Of a stretch of 64,000 bases of DNA, positions 37,326 through 47,438 are shown piece by piece. Position 1 is the stretch's first letter. Each line of letters begins with the position of its first letter. This DNA comes from a virus. The notes beneath the pieces were generated by a model. The model searched no databases. It was not told the DNA's origin and saw only the letters and a program-made list of their open reading frames with translations. The DNA lies in the IMG/VR virus record IMGVR_UViG_3300008107_005910, positions 1 to 64,000 of that record; one strand, 5' to 3'. The position numbers were made by a program, and so were the translations under genes.

Positions 37326-37539
37326 TCTTATTCCAAAGTCTTTCATGTAGATAATACAAAATAGTATTTGCTATCAGTTGTATTACTGCGATAGTACCTG
37401 CTATAGTTAAGTCACTGGATATAAGCCAGCTGATTAAAAAAGTAGAACCACTTCCAGTTAATCGCCAGCTTATTGTTTTAACTATACTACGACGTGGACT
37501 TTCATTCAAGTCCCATCTCCTTACGAATCTTTGTAGCAC
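37303..37539 (-). CDS. DUF2061-like small membrane protein
   Basis: ES..RSIVKTISWR...YYLHERLW. Confidence 0.75.
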   Translation of the reverse strand: MLQRFVRRWDLNESPRRSIVKTISWRLTGSGSTFLISWLISSDLTIAGTIAVIQLIANTILYYLHERLWNKINWQRFQ

Positions 37540-38293
37540 TTATGTTAGTGATACTTTCATCAAATGTTTCTTGTTCTATTTTATACCCAACGTCTCTACC
37601 ATACGTGATGTTAGTAATATTAGGAACTAACATAACTTGAAACTGTCCTTGATAAATTGGTTCAAGGTCACGTTTAATATTACGCACAACTTGGAAAAAG
37701 TCAAACGGATTGCTTCCTTGCCATCCTTGGCAATCCCTCACCATGATACACACTTGACCAGTCTTAGCGATAGCACGTTCAAATAAGGCGCGATGTCCTT
37801 TATGCCATGGTTGCCAACGTCCTAACATTTGTACAGTTTCTTTCTTGTTGTCCCAACGTGGACGTCTACGATTGTCAATTATGTGTTCAGCAATAAAGTC
37901 TACCCATTTTTCTGCCCACTGCTCTGTAATACGAAAATCATAAATCTCAGGTTCTACGAACATCTTGTTAGTGTCTTCGTAACGTCCTTCATCTATAGTG
38001 TCTACCCATATAGTCCAGTCAGCTTTAAAGTTATTACGCATTTCGACCAATGGAGCAACAAAGTCTACAATACAATAATCTGTGTTACTTGTGTCGGCCA
38101 ATTCACGCATGCGGTGACTTTGTCTAATACGACCTTCACGACTAAAATCCCAATCGTCAAAATGTCTACGAACTTCATCAGCGTTAAGCCATCCCACAGT
38201 TTTTTCGTATCCTTCTAAACGTTTTTTCAAACGTTCTGCTAGATATGTTTTTCCAGCTCCTGGCAATCCCATAATTAAAATTCTTTGTGTCAT
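37502..38293 (-). CDS. adenylylsulfate kinase-like domain fused to an HxGH nucleotidyltransferase-like domain
   Basis: MGLPGAGKT P-loop, NADEVR, DFSREGR; GRWQPWHKGH, ISATKIR. Confidence 0.8.
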   Translation of the reverse strand: MTQRILIMGLPGAGKTYLAERLKKRLEGYEKTVGWLNADEVRRHFDDWDFSREGRIRQSHRMRELADTSNTDYCIVDFVAPLVEMRNNFKADWTIWVDTIDEGRYEDTNKMFVEPEIYDFRITEQWAEKWVDFIAEHIIDNRRRPRWDNKKETVQMLGRWQPWHKGHRALFERAIAKTGQVCIMVRDCQGWQGSNPFDFFQVVRNIKRDLEPIYQGQFQVMLVPNITNITYGRDVGYKIEQETFDESITNISATKIRKEMGLE

Positions 38294-38349
38294 AATAGAT
38301 GCATCCTTTGATTTATTTATTGGTGATAACTGCGTACATAAATATTTCC

Positions 38350-39870
38350 ATGAATCATTGTTTAATTTTTGGTGTTACCAACGGCGGAATTTTTAGAGCT
38401 ACTGGTGCTCATAGAATCGCTAATCATCTTAGACTTCAGGGTTGGGACTGTGAAGTTGTAGATTTTATTGAATATTGGTCGTTTGATCAAATAAAAGAAC
38501 TATTATTATCTAGGGTTAATGAGAATACAAAGTTCTTTGGTTTCTCTATTACATTTAATCTAACAAAAAATGAACAATTATTGTTAAATTTGGTTAATTG
38601 GGCAAAGGAAAAATGGCCTAATCTGAAATTTATTTCAGGCGGTCATAGCGTTCCTTTTTTCCCTGCACCATTTGATTATCACATAATGAGTTATGCTGAA
38701 TTTGCACTAGATGAATTATTAAAATGGTTATTTTCAAATGGTGTAACTCCGGTATTTGATCCATTGCTTAAGAAAGGCAACATGGAGGTTATTAATGCTA
38801 CAGTACACCTTCCTTCTCATCCATTTCCTGAAGCAGTTATAAAATATGAGCCAAGAGATTTTATGACTCCTACAGATCATGGAGTTATAGAATTCAGCAG
38901 GGGTTGTATTTTCCAATGTAAATTTTGTAACTTTCCTGTCTTAGGCGTTAGAGGAGATTATACCAGATCAGCAGAAAGTGTCTATGAACAAATGATGTTT
39001 AATTATGACAATTATGGCGTACAAGATTACGGAGTAAGCGACGAGACATTCAATGACCGTACTGAGAAAATTGCAAAATTTGCAGATGTAGTTGAAAAAC
39101 TACCTTGGAAACCATATTTTAGTGCATTTATTCGTGCTGACTTGTTGATATCAAGACCTAGAGATAGAGAAGAACTTTTAAGACTTGGGTTACACGCACA
39201 CCTGTATGGTATAGAGTCGTTTAACGCACAATCTTTAAAATACATTGGAAAAGGTATGGCTCCAGATAGGCTTAAAGAAGGTCTTATCGATGTAAGAAAC
39301 TATTTTAAAAAACATATTGGACATAGATTTCGAGCATCAATTAATTTGATAGCTGGGTTACCTCATGAAACACTTGAAACTATGGAAGAAACTTGTCAGT
39401 GGATACACAAAAATTGGTTAGATCAAACTGTTACTTGCCAGCCTTTACGAATTAATAAAGACGACGAGCCGCGACCATCGATCGTTGATGAATCATATGA
39501 TACATTAGGGTATATTGAAATGACACCTGAAGAGCAATATGCGGCAATCAATTCTAGAGACGGAGAAGCATGGGTTCATTTAGAATATGGTCATTTTGAA
39601 CTTCTTGAAAGAAATCGCATATGGAAAAATGAACATATGAATTGGTATCAAGCTGTGTCATATTCTGCTAAAATTAATGGGGGTGGAAAGAAATTTGGAA
39701 ACATTGAAAAAGTTTATCCATTACACATGCCTCTAGTTTATTCAGATAAGTTTGGTAATATATTGACCACAGATGAAAAATTAAAACTATATGGAAAGAA
39801 AACTAGGGAAGCTGAAGAAGGCGCAAGGGTATACATACAAAATTATATATCTAAAAAATTAAGTCTTTAA
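38350..39870 (+). CDS. B12-binding-domain radical SAM protein
   Basis: Start moved to MNHCL; SRGCIFQCKFC, DETFN, GIESF, IAGLPHET. Confidence 0.85.
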   Translation: MNHCLIFGVTNGGIFRATGAHRIANHLRLQGWDCEVVDFIEYWSFDQIKELLLSRVNENTKFFGFSITFNLTKNEQLLLNLVNWAKEKWPNLKFISGGHSVPFFPAPFDYHIMSYAEFALDELLKWLFSNGVTPVFDPLLKKGNMEVINATVHLPSHPFPEAVIKYEPRDFMTPTDHGVIEFSRGCIFQCKFCNFPVLGVRGDYTRSAESVYEQMMFNYDNYGVQDYGVSDETFNDRTEKIAKFADVVEKLPWKPYFSAFIRADLLISRPRDREELLRLGLHAHLYGIESFNAQSLKYIGKGMAPDRLKEGLIDVRNYFKKHIGHRFRASINLIAGLPHETLETMEETCQWIHKNWLDQTVTCQPLRINKDDEPRPSIVDESYDTLGYIEMTPEEQYAAINSRDGEAWVHLEYGHFELLERNRIWKNEHMNWYQAVSYSAKINGGGKKFGNIEKVYPLHMPLVYSDKFGNILTTDEKLKLYGKKTREAEEGARVYIQNYISKKLSL

Positions 39871-39871
39871 T

Positions 39872-40555
39872 ATGTCTATACATTTTCCCTACGTTCCAGC
39901 AACTTATCGTAATATACCTAAAACGGGAACTACCAGCTTTAAATGGTGGTCTAGAGACAATATAAAAAATTGTGAAATATTAGAAGACCCTTCTAGGATT
40001 TATAATATGCAACATTTGTCTTTAGAAGAGATTCAACAAAAGTGGCCAAACTACGGAACAACTTTTACATTTGTACGAAATCCATTTGATAGAATGGTCA
40101 GTATATTTCATCACGTAGGCCAAGATGCCGAGGCACGAATTAAACAGCGTCCACTAGGCGGTACAAAAGAACAGTACGGAGTCAAACAAGAAGAACTAGA
40201 CTCTATACCAATTGAAATTGATATTAAAGTTTTACAAGTTTATAGGAAGGGATTTGATCACTGGGTACATTCAGACTTTGTACCAAATTACAATGATTCT
40301 CTAAATTCTTTGCTACATCAAAAAGAAAGTCAGATGTATTGGCTTAATAATGTAGTGCCTGATATTGTTATTAAAATTGAAGAAGTTAATCAAAAGTTTA
40401 ATCTATTACAAGACTTACTTGAATGCCATGTTCCTTTCATACATATAAACAAAAGTGAACACAAGCCTTACAAAGAGTATTATAACGAGTCAACTAAAAA
40501 GATAGTAAGAGATCTATTTAAAGATGACCTTGACGCTTTCAACTACGATTTTTAA
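39872..40555 (+). CDS. sulfotransferase (Sulfotransfer_2-like)
   Basis: IPKTGTTS, FVRNPFDRMVS, D...FNY.F. Confidence 0.85.
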   Translation: MSIHFPYVPATYRNIPKTGTTSFKWWSRDNIKNCEILEDPSRIYNMQHLSLEEIQQKWPNYGTTFTFVRNPFDRMVSIFHHVGQDAEARIKQRPLGGTKEQYGVKQEELDSIPIEIDIKVLQVYRKGFDHWVHSDFVPNYNDSLNSLLHQKESQMYWLNNVVPDIVIKIEEVNQKFNLLQDLLECHVPFIHINKSEHKPYKEYYNESTKKIVRDLFKDDLDAFNYDF

Positions 40556-41196
40556 CGTCTAGAAAAAACAAGTTGGAAAGCTTCTGCATAGTTAACACCA
40601 ATTTGTGTTCCCCTAAACTTTGCTCTAGTTTCCATTGATTCAATACTACGTGCATCAGGGTATTGATAAGTTTCAGTTTGATACAAGTCCAATGCTTGCT
40701 TCTTTATATTAATAAAATCCCCAACATCAACAAAGATGTTTGGTTCAAATGTAGGTTGTACTTTATAGAAAGACCAATCTGAGCTGGCTGGTATTTCACA
40801 GAAGTACAATTCTTTAATAGTGGATTGTGGTTTGGGTCTACAAGCAACCATTGTTGCTTCTGCTACTACCCTGTGATCTTGATGTATGTCTGAAATACTG
40901 TGTGTATATACTACATCAGGTTTCATTTGGGCAATGATACTTTCAAGTTTATGAATAGTGGGTTGAGCAGTTAAAGCCAAATCAGGAACATTGTGGATTG
41001 TCCCTGTCGCACCAAATAGTTTACAGGCTTCATAAAACGATTTAACTCGTTGACTTGATACATTTTCATTGCCTGGACGTGCTCCATTGCACAATGAAAA
41101 GACATGCACATCATTGTCTAAAGAAAGTTTAGCAATAGTCCCACCTGGACCAAAACTCTCATCGTCGGGGTGTGCAAAAATAAACATTATTTTCAT
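40552..41196 (-). CDS. PIG-L/LmbE family N-deacetylase
   Basis: AHPDDE, D.HQDH, YAEAF. Confidence 0.9.
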   Translation of the reverse strand: MKIMFIFAHPDDESFGPGGTIAKLSLDNDVHVFSLCNGARPGNENVSSQRVKSFYEACKLFGATGTIHNVPDLALTAQPTIHKLESIIAQMKPDVVYTHSISDIHQDHRVVAEATMVACRPKPQSTIKELYFCEIPASSDWSFYKVQPTFEPNIFVDVGDFINIKKQALDLYQTETYQYPDARSIESMETRAKFRGTQIGVNYAEAFQLVFSRR

Positions 41197-42116
41197 AACA
41201 TATCCTTGATAATATCATCAAGATTATTAATAGGAAGATATTTAATATGCTGTTTAATTTTTGATAAATCTGGTATGCGAACGTTAATATCACCGTGATT
41301 AGATGAGAAAGCTTCTTCATAAGGAACACGAGTAATTTTACTTGATGAGTTACTCAGTGCTATGACACGCTCTGCTAGATCATTGATTGTTATAGGACTA
41401 TCATTACCAATATTAAACAACTCGCCATTAATAGTTGATACTTTGACCAGTGCGTCTACTGCATCATTAACGTGACAGAAACAACGTATTTGTTGGCCGC
41501 TTCCGTATACAACAAGGTCTTTTCCTTCCTTTGCGGCTTGCACAAATCTTGGCAGTACCATTCCGTAATCACCAAGTTGGCCAGGCCCAACTACATTAAA
41601 AAATCTAACTATTGTAAATGGACATCCGCTTGCTCTAAGCATGAACTCCATCATTAACTTACTGGTAGCATAACCCCAACGAAGTTTACTACTTGGGCCT
41701 ATGCTGGCATTTGCTTCTTCGTAAAATGGTCCGTCACCATATACTTCACTGGTGCTTGAAAAAACTACATGTTTTTTTGCACGTTGAAATAATGGCAACA
41801 ATTTGTTGTTCAAAGCAACATTGTTAAACAGTGTTTCACTAGGATGTTTATCTATATATTCAACACCAACGCTTCCTGCAAGATGGAATATCCTATGATT
41901 TTTACTGAATAATTTTAAAAGTTCATTGTCTTCCATTGTGGTAATGTCAGCTTCAATAAAATCAAATAAATTTTTATATTCAGAAAAATCATCTACATTA
42001 ATTTTAGAAGTTTTTAAATTATCAATAATGGTTACACGTTCTTGTCTTGTTTTAAGAAGTCTGTGTGCTAGGTGCTGGCCTATGAAGCCCGCGCCTCCCA
42101 GTAGTAAATTGTTCAT
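41193..42116 (-). CDS. NAD-dependent nucleotide-sugar epimerase/dehydratase
   Basis: GGAGFIG, SSTSEVYG, YATSK, RFFNVVGP. Confidence 0.9.
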   Translation of the reverse strand: MNNLLLGGAGFIGQHLAHRLLKTRQERVTIIDNLKTSKINVDDFSEYKNLFDFIEADITTMEDNELLKLFSKNHRIFHLAGSVGVEYIDKHPSETLFNNVALNNKLLPLFQRAKKHVVFSSTSEVYGDGPFYEEANASIGPSSKLRWGYATSKLMMEFMLRASGCPFTIVRFFNVVGPGQLGDYGMVLPRFVQAAKEGKDLVVYGSGQQIRCFCHVNDAVDALVKVSTINGELFNIGNDSPITINDLAERVIALSNSSSKITRVPYEEAFSSNHGDINVRIPDLSKIKQHIKYLPINNLDDIIKDML

Positions 42117-42669
42117 AAATATCACCTAAAGTAATAATTTCCGTGTTAAATTGATCTAATCTAGACATTGCTTCAACCACATCACTGATGTGAGCAATGT
42201 AATGCAACTTGTTTGGTTGAGCAGGTTTGTATGCAGTACCTTTAATACAGCGCATAATAAATGCATCATCGTGCATACCTTCTCCGTATACAGATGGTAA
42301 TCTATAATTGATGCAGTCAATATCGCTATGTAAAAGATAAATTTCCATACACCGCTTTGCTACATTATACGCTCCTTGGGCAGTATCTGCAATATCAAAT
42401 ACGCCAAAAGTTGAAGCATTAATAAATGTTGCGGAAGGACAAATCATCATGGCTTTACGTGTACTATCTAAAATAGTATCCATAACGCCTATGGTATTAT
42501 CAGTAATAGTCTTAGTTGTGCTAGGACATGCTAAGTGATAAATCCTGTCACAATTTACTTGCTCAAAGTTCTTGGATATTTGAATTACTTCAAAGCCATC
42601 TAATTCTAACTGTTTAATAAGGTGCTTACCAATAAATCCTGTTGATCCCGTGATGGCAACTTTTTGCAT
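42052..42669 (-). CDS. NAD-dependent epimerase/dehydratase (short)
   Basis: ITGSTGFIG, YHLACP, YNVAK, RLPSVYG. Confidence 0.82.
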   Translation of the reverse strand: MQKVAITGSTGFIGKHLIKQLELDGFEVIQISKNFEQVNCDRIYHLACPSTTKTITDNTIGVMDTILDSTRKAMMICPSATFINASTFGVFDIADTAQGAYNVAKRCMEIYLLHSDIDCINYRLPSVYGEGMHDDAFIMRCIKGTAYKPAQPNKLHYIAHISDVVEAMSRLDQFNTEIITLGDIYEQFTTGRRGLHRPAPSTQTS

Positions 42670-43472
42670 ATGATCCTTTCTATATCTTTTAAATTCTGTG
42701 CGAAATTTTCTGCGTTCTTGTAAATTTGATCAGCATAGTGCTCTGTTCTACTCTTGTGAACTTCTATTGATACTAATAGTGTTTGTAATTCATTTTCATT
42801 AAAAAGCTCTAACTTTGTCTCTTTTTCTTTATATGTATCTGATAACATAGACATCATCAAAATTACACTAACATTAAAATTTTTATAGTAGAACAAAAAT
42901 GCTTGGTACCCTGTAAATTTAAAACCTGTATCTGTTTTTTTAATTCGATTACAGTCAAAACAACGAAAAATATCCCCATACTCAAATAAAATATCATCAG
43001 TTGATGGCATCATATAACTTGGGGTGTAATCAAAAATAATCTTATTATAACTCAGTTGTTCTTCTTTAGTTAACTGTTGTTTAAAAGGAAGTATATGTGC
43101 ATTGAGTTCCTTAATTTGTTGATCCATTAATAAACAATCATCATAAGACAATTTCCCTAAATCAGGATAGTAAGGCATGTTTTCATAAAACCAAAGTTGG
43201 TCATCAACTTCAATAATTTTTACAATTGATTTCTCAAAAACATCAATTGGATTTTCCTCTAACCACTTGTCTAATTTATCTAATACAATATATCTAGCTT
43301 GATTGTTTTCAGTTATAGCACAAAAATTTATAAATCTATCTTTTACTTTTATAATGTAATCGTAAAATAATGGATCTTCATAGACGTAATAATATTCAAC
43401 ATCAATTGATGGAATATCAACAGCTTTTAACAATTTAAAGAACTTTAACTTTTCCAAGGCGCAGTATCCCAA
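42606..43472 (-). CDS. hypothetical protein
   Basis: 288 aa ORF coupled within the island. Confidence 0.6.
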   Translation of the reverse strand: MGYCALEKLKFFKLLKAVDIPSIDVEYYYVYEDPLFYDYIIKVKDRFINFCAITENNQARYIVLDKLDKWLEENPIDVFEKSIVKIIEVDDQLWFYENMPYYPDLGKLSYDDCLLMDQQIKELNAHILPFKQQLTKEEQLSYNKIIFDYTPSYMMPSTDDILFEYGDIFRCFDCNRIKKTDTGFKFTGYQAFLFYYKNFNVSVILMMSMLSDTYKEKETKLELFNENELQTLLVSIEVHKSRTEHYADQIYKNAENFAQNLKDIERIICKKLPSRDQQDLLVSTLLNS

Positions 43473-43921
43473 CCCAGTCTAATATAACGAACTCCTTTTT
43501 GTTGTAGTCCTTCTTTGACTGTTCTAATGAATGTGGATGTATCAATTGGGTCATACAACGGTATCCCCAATGCTTCCATTAGTTTGCTGTCGTCATCCAA
43601 TAAATGCCCTCTCCCGCAGATACTGTAACATCCGTTTGCGCCCGCATTAACAAAAAGTATGCTTCCATAATTTTCTGCCCATCCTTTGATGTTAAGTTTA
43701 ATTTGTTCGTATGCTTTGTATATTACAAATCCAGCAACTCCGTATATAATAACACGTTTACCTTGACTGGCAAGACCTGCGGCAATATTGACCATGTTAG
43801 GCTCTTGAACACCACAATTAATAATGTTATAATTGCTGTCAGTCCACTTCCACATGTCGCAATGAAGAAAATATACTTCTCCTGGATAGCGATTTAAAAA
43901 TTTATGTAAGGTTTCTCTCAT
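43445..43921 (-). CDS. transketolase-like, pyrimidine-binding (C-terminal) subunit
   Basis: NCGVQEPNMVNIAAGLA, AYEQIK, YIRLG. Confidence 0.85.
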   Translation of the reverse strand: MRETLHKFLNRYPGEVYFLHCDMWKWTDSNYNIINCGVQEPNMVNIAAGLASQGKRVIIYGVAGFVIYKAYEQIKLNIKGWAENYGSILFVNAGANGCYSICGRGHLLDDDSKLMEALGIPLYDPIDTSTFIRTVKEGLQQKGVRYIRLGWDTAPWKS

Positions 43922-45179
43922 CTTCTAACCATTTGTAAAATTCTTTTCCTCGCTGGATATCAATTAACTCTTGTGGATTGACTGCATCCTTGGGTCTAGT
44001 AACGTCACTTCTAAATCCTGATAATACATAGTCCCAAGCTTCAGCTGGGAAAATATCTATCTCTTTCCAATCCTCTACTGGCGCATTTTTATACAAGTCC
44101 CAATACTCGTTTGATCTCTTTGAATATTTGTAGTGAGCAATAATAAAATTCATAACACCATCAAACTCATCATTGGTTTGTTGATTATATTCTTGTTCAG
44201 TTAAGTTGCCATCAATGTAACTTGTTATTCTTTTTAATGCAGAAGTTGTCAAATATAATCCAGTTGATTCAATTGGTTCAATAAATGCTGAGCATAATCC
44301 AATTGCTACAACATTATCTTTCATGTGTACTTTGTTGCGCCCAGTACGCATACGAACAGTACCAATTTTGTTTCTATCAACTATTAAATGAAACTTATGT
44401 TGTATGTACTCAATAAACTCGTCCATGACATCAAACTTGTCACAATGCACGTAACCAACTGCCAGCTGATCGCCTAGTGGAATATTCCAAATCCATCCGC
44501 TATTTGCGGCTTTGAATATCGAATATGGTACACATTGATTCTGTTTGTCAGTATAAGGATGTCTAAAAACCAACGCTTTATTATTAGGAACTTTGTCTGA
44601 TATCTCAACAAAGTTGTCGTCCCAATTAGTCAACAGCTTTTTAAATCCTGTTGAGTCAATAACTAAATCAAAGCCTGTGACATCATCAACTGTTGCATCT
44701 TTACGTATGATGGTTAAATTTTTAAATTGTCCAACAAGTGTGTCCATGTACTTTAATATATCAGATGCTCTAAAGTGTACGGAGATATCTTTATATTCAT
44801 AAATGTTATCTGGAACTTTATTAATGGACATCATTCTATCAAGGCTACTGCTATTGTATTTGTCAGTTTGTCCAATACCAAATGGGAAAGTAAACTTTTC
44901 ACCTTCTTGATTAAAACCGTCAAATACAATACCTAACTTCAAAGTACCGTTGCAATGCTTAATGATATCTGCATGACTTATTCCTAAGTCATTTAAAAAA
45001 TGCGACACATCAGGTATCAGTGCTTCGCCAACTCCAATTGGACTATTCTCTTCTGGATATGTCCAAACGATCTCCTTATCTGGATATTGTTTGGCTAGAT
45101 AAAAAGCGGTTAGATATCCTGAAGTTCCTGCACCAACGATTGCAATTCTTCTAATGTTTCTATTTTCCTGTAGTGCCAT
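43902..45179 (-). CDS. flavin-dependent (tryptophan halogenase-like) enzyme
   Basis: IVGAGTSG, IGVGE, IDSTGF, GWIWNIPL (WxWxIP), FIEPIESTG. Confidence 0.88.
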   Translation of the reverse strand: MALQENRNIRRIAIVGAGTSGYLTAFYLAKQYPDKEIVWTYPEENSPIGVGEALIPDVSHFLNDLGISHADIIKHCNGTLKLGIVFDGFNQEGEKFTFPFGIGQTDKYNSSSLDRMMSINKVPDNIYEYKDISVHFRASDILKYMDTLVGQFKNLTIIRKDATVDDVTGFDLVIDSTGFKKLLTNWDDNFVEISDKVPNNKALVFRHPYTDKQNQCVPYSIFKAANSGWIWNIPLGDQLAVGYVHCDKFDVMDEFIEYIQHKFHLIVDRNKIGTVRMRTGRNKVHMKDNVVAIGLCSAFIEPIESTGLYLTTSALKRITSYIDGNLTEQEYNQQTNDEFDGVMNFIIAHYKYSKRSNEYWDLYKNAPVEDWKEIDIFPAEAWDYVLSGFRSDVTRPKDAVNPQELIDIQRGKEFYKWLEDERNLT

Positions 45180-45826
45180 TTTTTGTTATTCTCTTCCATT
45201 TGCTTTACACCCTTACCTTTTACTGTCTTACAAAAAACAATATTAGGAAGTGCATCAGTTTTGTTTACAAATACTTTTTCTAACTCGTCTCTATTGTGTC
45301 CGTCAACTATTTGCGTCCACCAACCATAATGTCTACACAAGTTAATAACAGGTTCAATTTTTAATATAGTATCTATATTACCAGTTACTTGTGAATTATT
45401 GTAATCAACAGTTACAAATACATTTTTAATTTGATTGTGTCCAATGAATTGTAATGCTTCTAATGTATTTCCCATTTGCAAACAAGCATCACTTAGATTT
45501 ACCCAAACTTGTTTACTAGTGGACATTGCAATACCAATTGCTACTCCAAGAGCATTGCCCATTGTTTCTTCGCCGTAGTCCACAAACGAAACTTCATCGT
45601 GTTTAACTCCAACACTGAGTTGCTCAATATTTGTTACATACTGTAAGTCTTGCCAAACAAGATAGTATGCTTGTGCTCCAAAGGGTTTACCAATTACAAT
45701 GTAATCGTCAATACTAACAATACCTTTTGAAAATAGTATGTCAACATAGTCAAGCATACTTAATGCACTTGCTATGTGGCTTAGTTTATTTTCAAATGAG
45801 TATTCTAGTAAACGTTTTCGATTCAT
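45110..45826 (-). CDS. transketolase-like, TPP-binding (N-terminal) subunit
   Basis: SHIASALS, MGNALGVAIG, SDACLQMG..D.N, VDGHN, TVKGKGV..ME...WH. Confidence 0.85.
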   Translation of the reverse strand: MNRKRLLEYSFENKLSHIASALSMLDYVDILFSKGIVSIDDYIVIGKPFGAQAYYLVWQDLQYVTNIEQLSVGVKHDEVSFVDYGEETMGNALGVAIGIAMSTSKQVWVNLSDACLQMGNTLEALQFIGHNQIKNVFVTVDYNNSQVTGNIDTILKIEPVINLCRHYGWWTQIVDGHNRDELEKVFVNKTDALPNIVFCKTVKGKGVKQMEENNKKWHYRKIETLEELQSLVQELQDI

Positions 45827-46851
45827 TTAAACGGCTTCCTTGGCAAATAAAAATCACCGCCGCAGTAATCCCAACGACATTTAGTTCCAGAATTAAACAG
45901 TACATTCATTTTGGTAACAGCCAATCTATCATTCACTAAATTAGTATATGGTGTTTCAGGTATACATTCTCTTAGATAATTGGTCATGTGTATGCCGCAG
46001 TTAAAAACATTACCATCACCATTAATGGTAATGCTACGTGTTCCAGCGGCACAGTGCCAACCTCTATTATCAACACCTTTTTTAAATAAATCATTAGTGT
46101 TGTACATTACACCGTCAATACAATAAAGTTGTTCAGTCTTATTGTATTTGTTGTAAAATTCAATATGACGTTTTGATGTTTCTTCATTATATGCGTAATG
46201 ACAAAACCCATAAATCATTTCACTATTAATAATCTTATCATAGGTTAAACACTCTTTAACGTAATCATAAAATTCGTCAATATGCTCTTCTGGAATATTT
46301 TCTAACATAACATCAAAGTTATGTATGGCAACGCCTAACTCTTTAATTCTATTAAAATTTTGTTTGAATGAGGACAGTTTGTTAGTTCGATCTTTTAATT
46401 CTAAATAGTGTAGAGATACATTGAACTGTTCACATAGTGGTAGCAACTCTTCTAACAGCTCTGTTTTAAATGTTAGATTAGTTTGCATTTCATTATATGC
46501 TGTTATACCTGTCTCAGAACTCTTTTTCTTCACATATTTTAATATATCAATTACTTTGGGATGTCTAGTTGCCTCACCGCCGTGATAGTAAAACATCACA
46601 CTATTAAATTTGTTCTTTTGAAAAAATTCAAAAAGTTTGTCAATACTAGTAATAATGTCTTCGTACTTGTAATGTCGTCCTGAATGCCAATGGCAATAAT
46701 TACAATGCAAGTCGCAAGCTTCTGTAATTCTAAATGTTACATTGTACTCAGCATTGTACCCACCATGGTCATTTACCTGTACTATTTTATATGATTCTAT
46801 TGGCTTTATCTCGCCAACTTTCATTTCTTCTTTAGTTGTTATTTTTGTCAT
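45823..46851 (-). CDS. radical SAM protein with C-terminal Cys cluster
   Basis: CDLHCNYC, HGGEAT, C.AG...GNVFNC, CRWDYC. Confidence 0.9.
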   Translation of the reverse strand: MTKITTKEEMKVGEIKPIESYKIVQVNDHGGYNAEYNVTFRITEACDLHCNYCHWHSGRHYKYEDIITSIDKLFEFFQKNKFNSVMFYYHGGEATRHPKVIDILKYVKKKSSETGITAYNEMQTNLTFKTELLEELLPLCEQFNVSLHYLELKDRTNKLSSFKQNFNRIKELGVAIHNFDVMLENIPEEHIDEFYDYVKECLTYDKIINSEMIYGFCHYAYNEETSKRHIEFYNKYNKTEQLYCIDGVMYNTNDLFKKGVDNRGWHCAAGTRSITINGDGNVFNCGIHMTNYLRECIPETPYTNLVNDRLAVTKMNVLFNSGTKCRWDYCGGDFYLPRKPFK

Positions 46852-47438
46852 TATATGACCATCCTAGTACCAGTTACATCTAACTCAATGTAGCTTAAAC
46901 CTTTTATGGTTGGTACATTTATAATTTGTTTTGCGGCAATTAATGGATCTACTGCTTGATCAATATGACTTAGGTTACCTGTAAGTTTTGTTCTAACAAA
47001 CCCAGGATGAACCAATTGCCAATTAATGTGTTCAAATTGTTTTGACAGTTCCATCACTCCCATGTTTAATGCCGCCTTGCTCATTCGATAATATATAGAA
47101 GCAGTATCAGCTGAGATTACATTGCCTTTAGTCAATGCACCAAGTATACTTGTTAATACAACAATCTTGTCGTTAACATGCGGAGCAATATACTGTAAAA
47201 ACTCAATGCTTCGCGTTGCATTAACTTCCATTGTTTCATCTGCTTCAGTTGATATACCAATACAATAATATACTTTTGAAAACTTGTTTTGGAATACGGG
47301 CCAACTACTCTTATCTTTAATATCTAACTGTATAAATTTAGAATCAGTCCTTCTACTCGTACCAAGTGCATCAGGCAATAATTCATGTATTGCTTTGCCA
47401 ATGCCGCTGTCAACACCAATAACAATATCCTTAATCAT
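46851..47438 (-). CDS. short-chain dehydrogenase/reductase
   Basis: GVDSGIG, YRMSKAALN, VHPGFVRT. Confidence 0.88.
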   Translation of the reverse strand: MIKDIVIGVDSGIGKAIHELLPDALGTSRRTDSKFIQLDIKDKSSWPVFQNKFSKVYYCIGISTEADETMEVNATRSIEFLQYIAPHVNDKIVVLTSILGALTKGNVISADTASIYYRMSKAALNMGVMELSKQFEHINWQLVHPGFVRTKLTGNLSHIDQAVDPLIAAKQIINVPTIKGLSYIELDVTGTRMVI

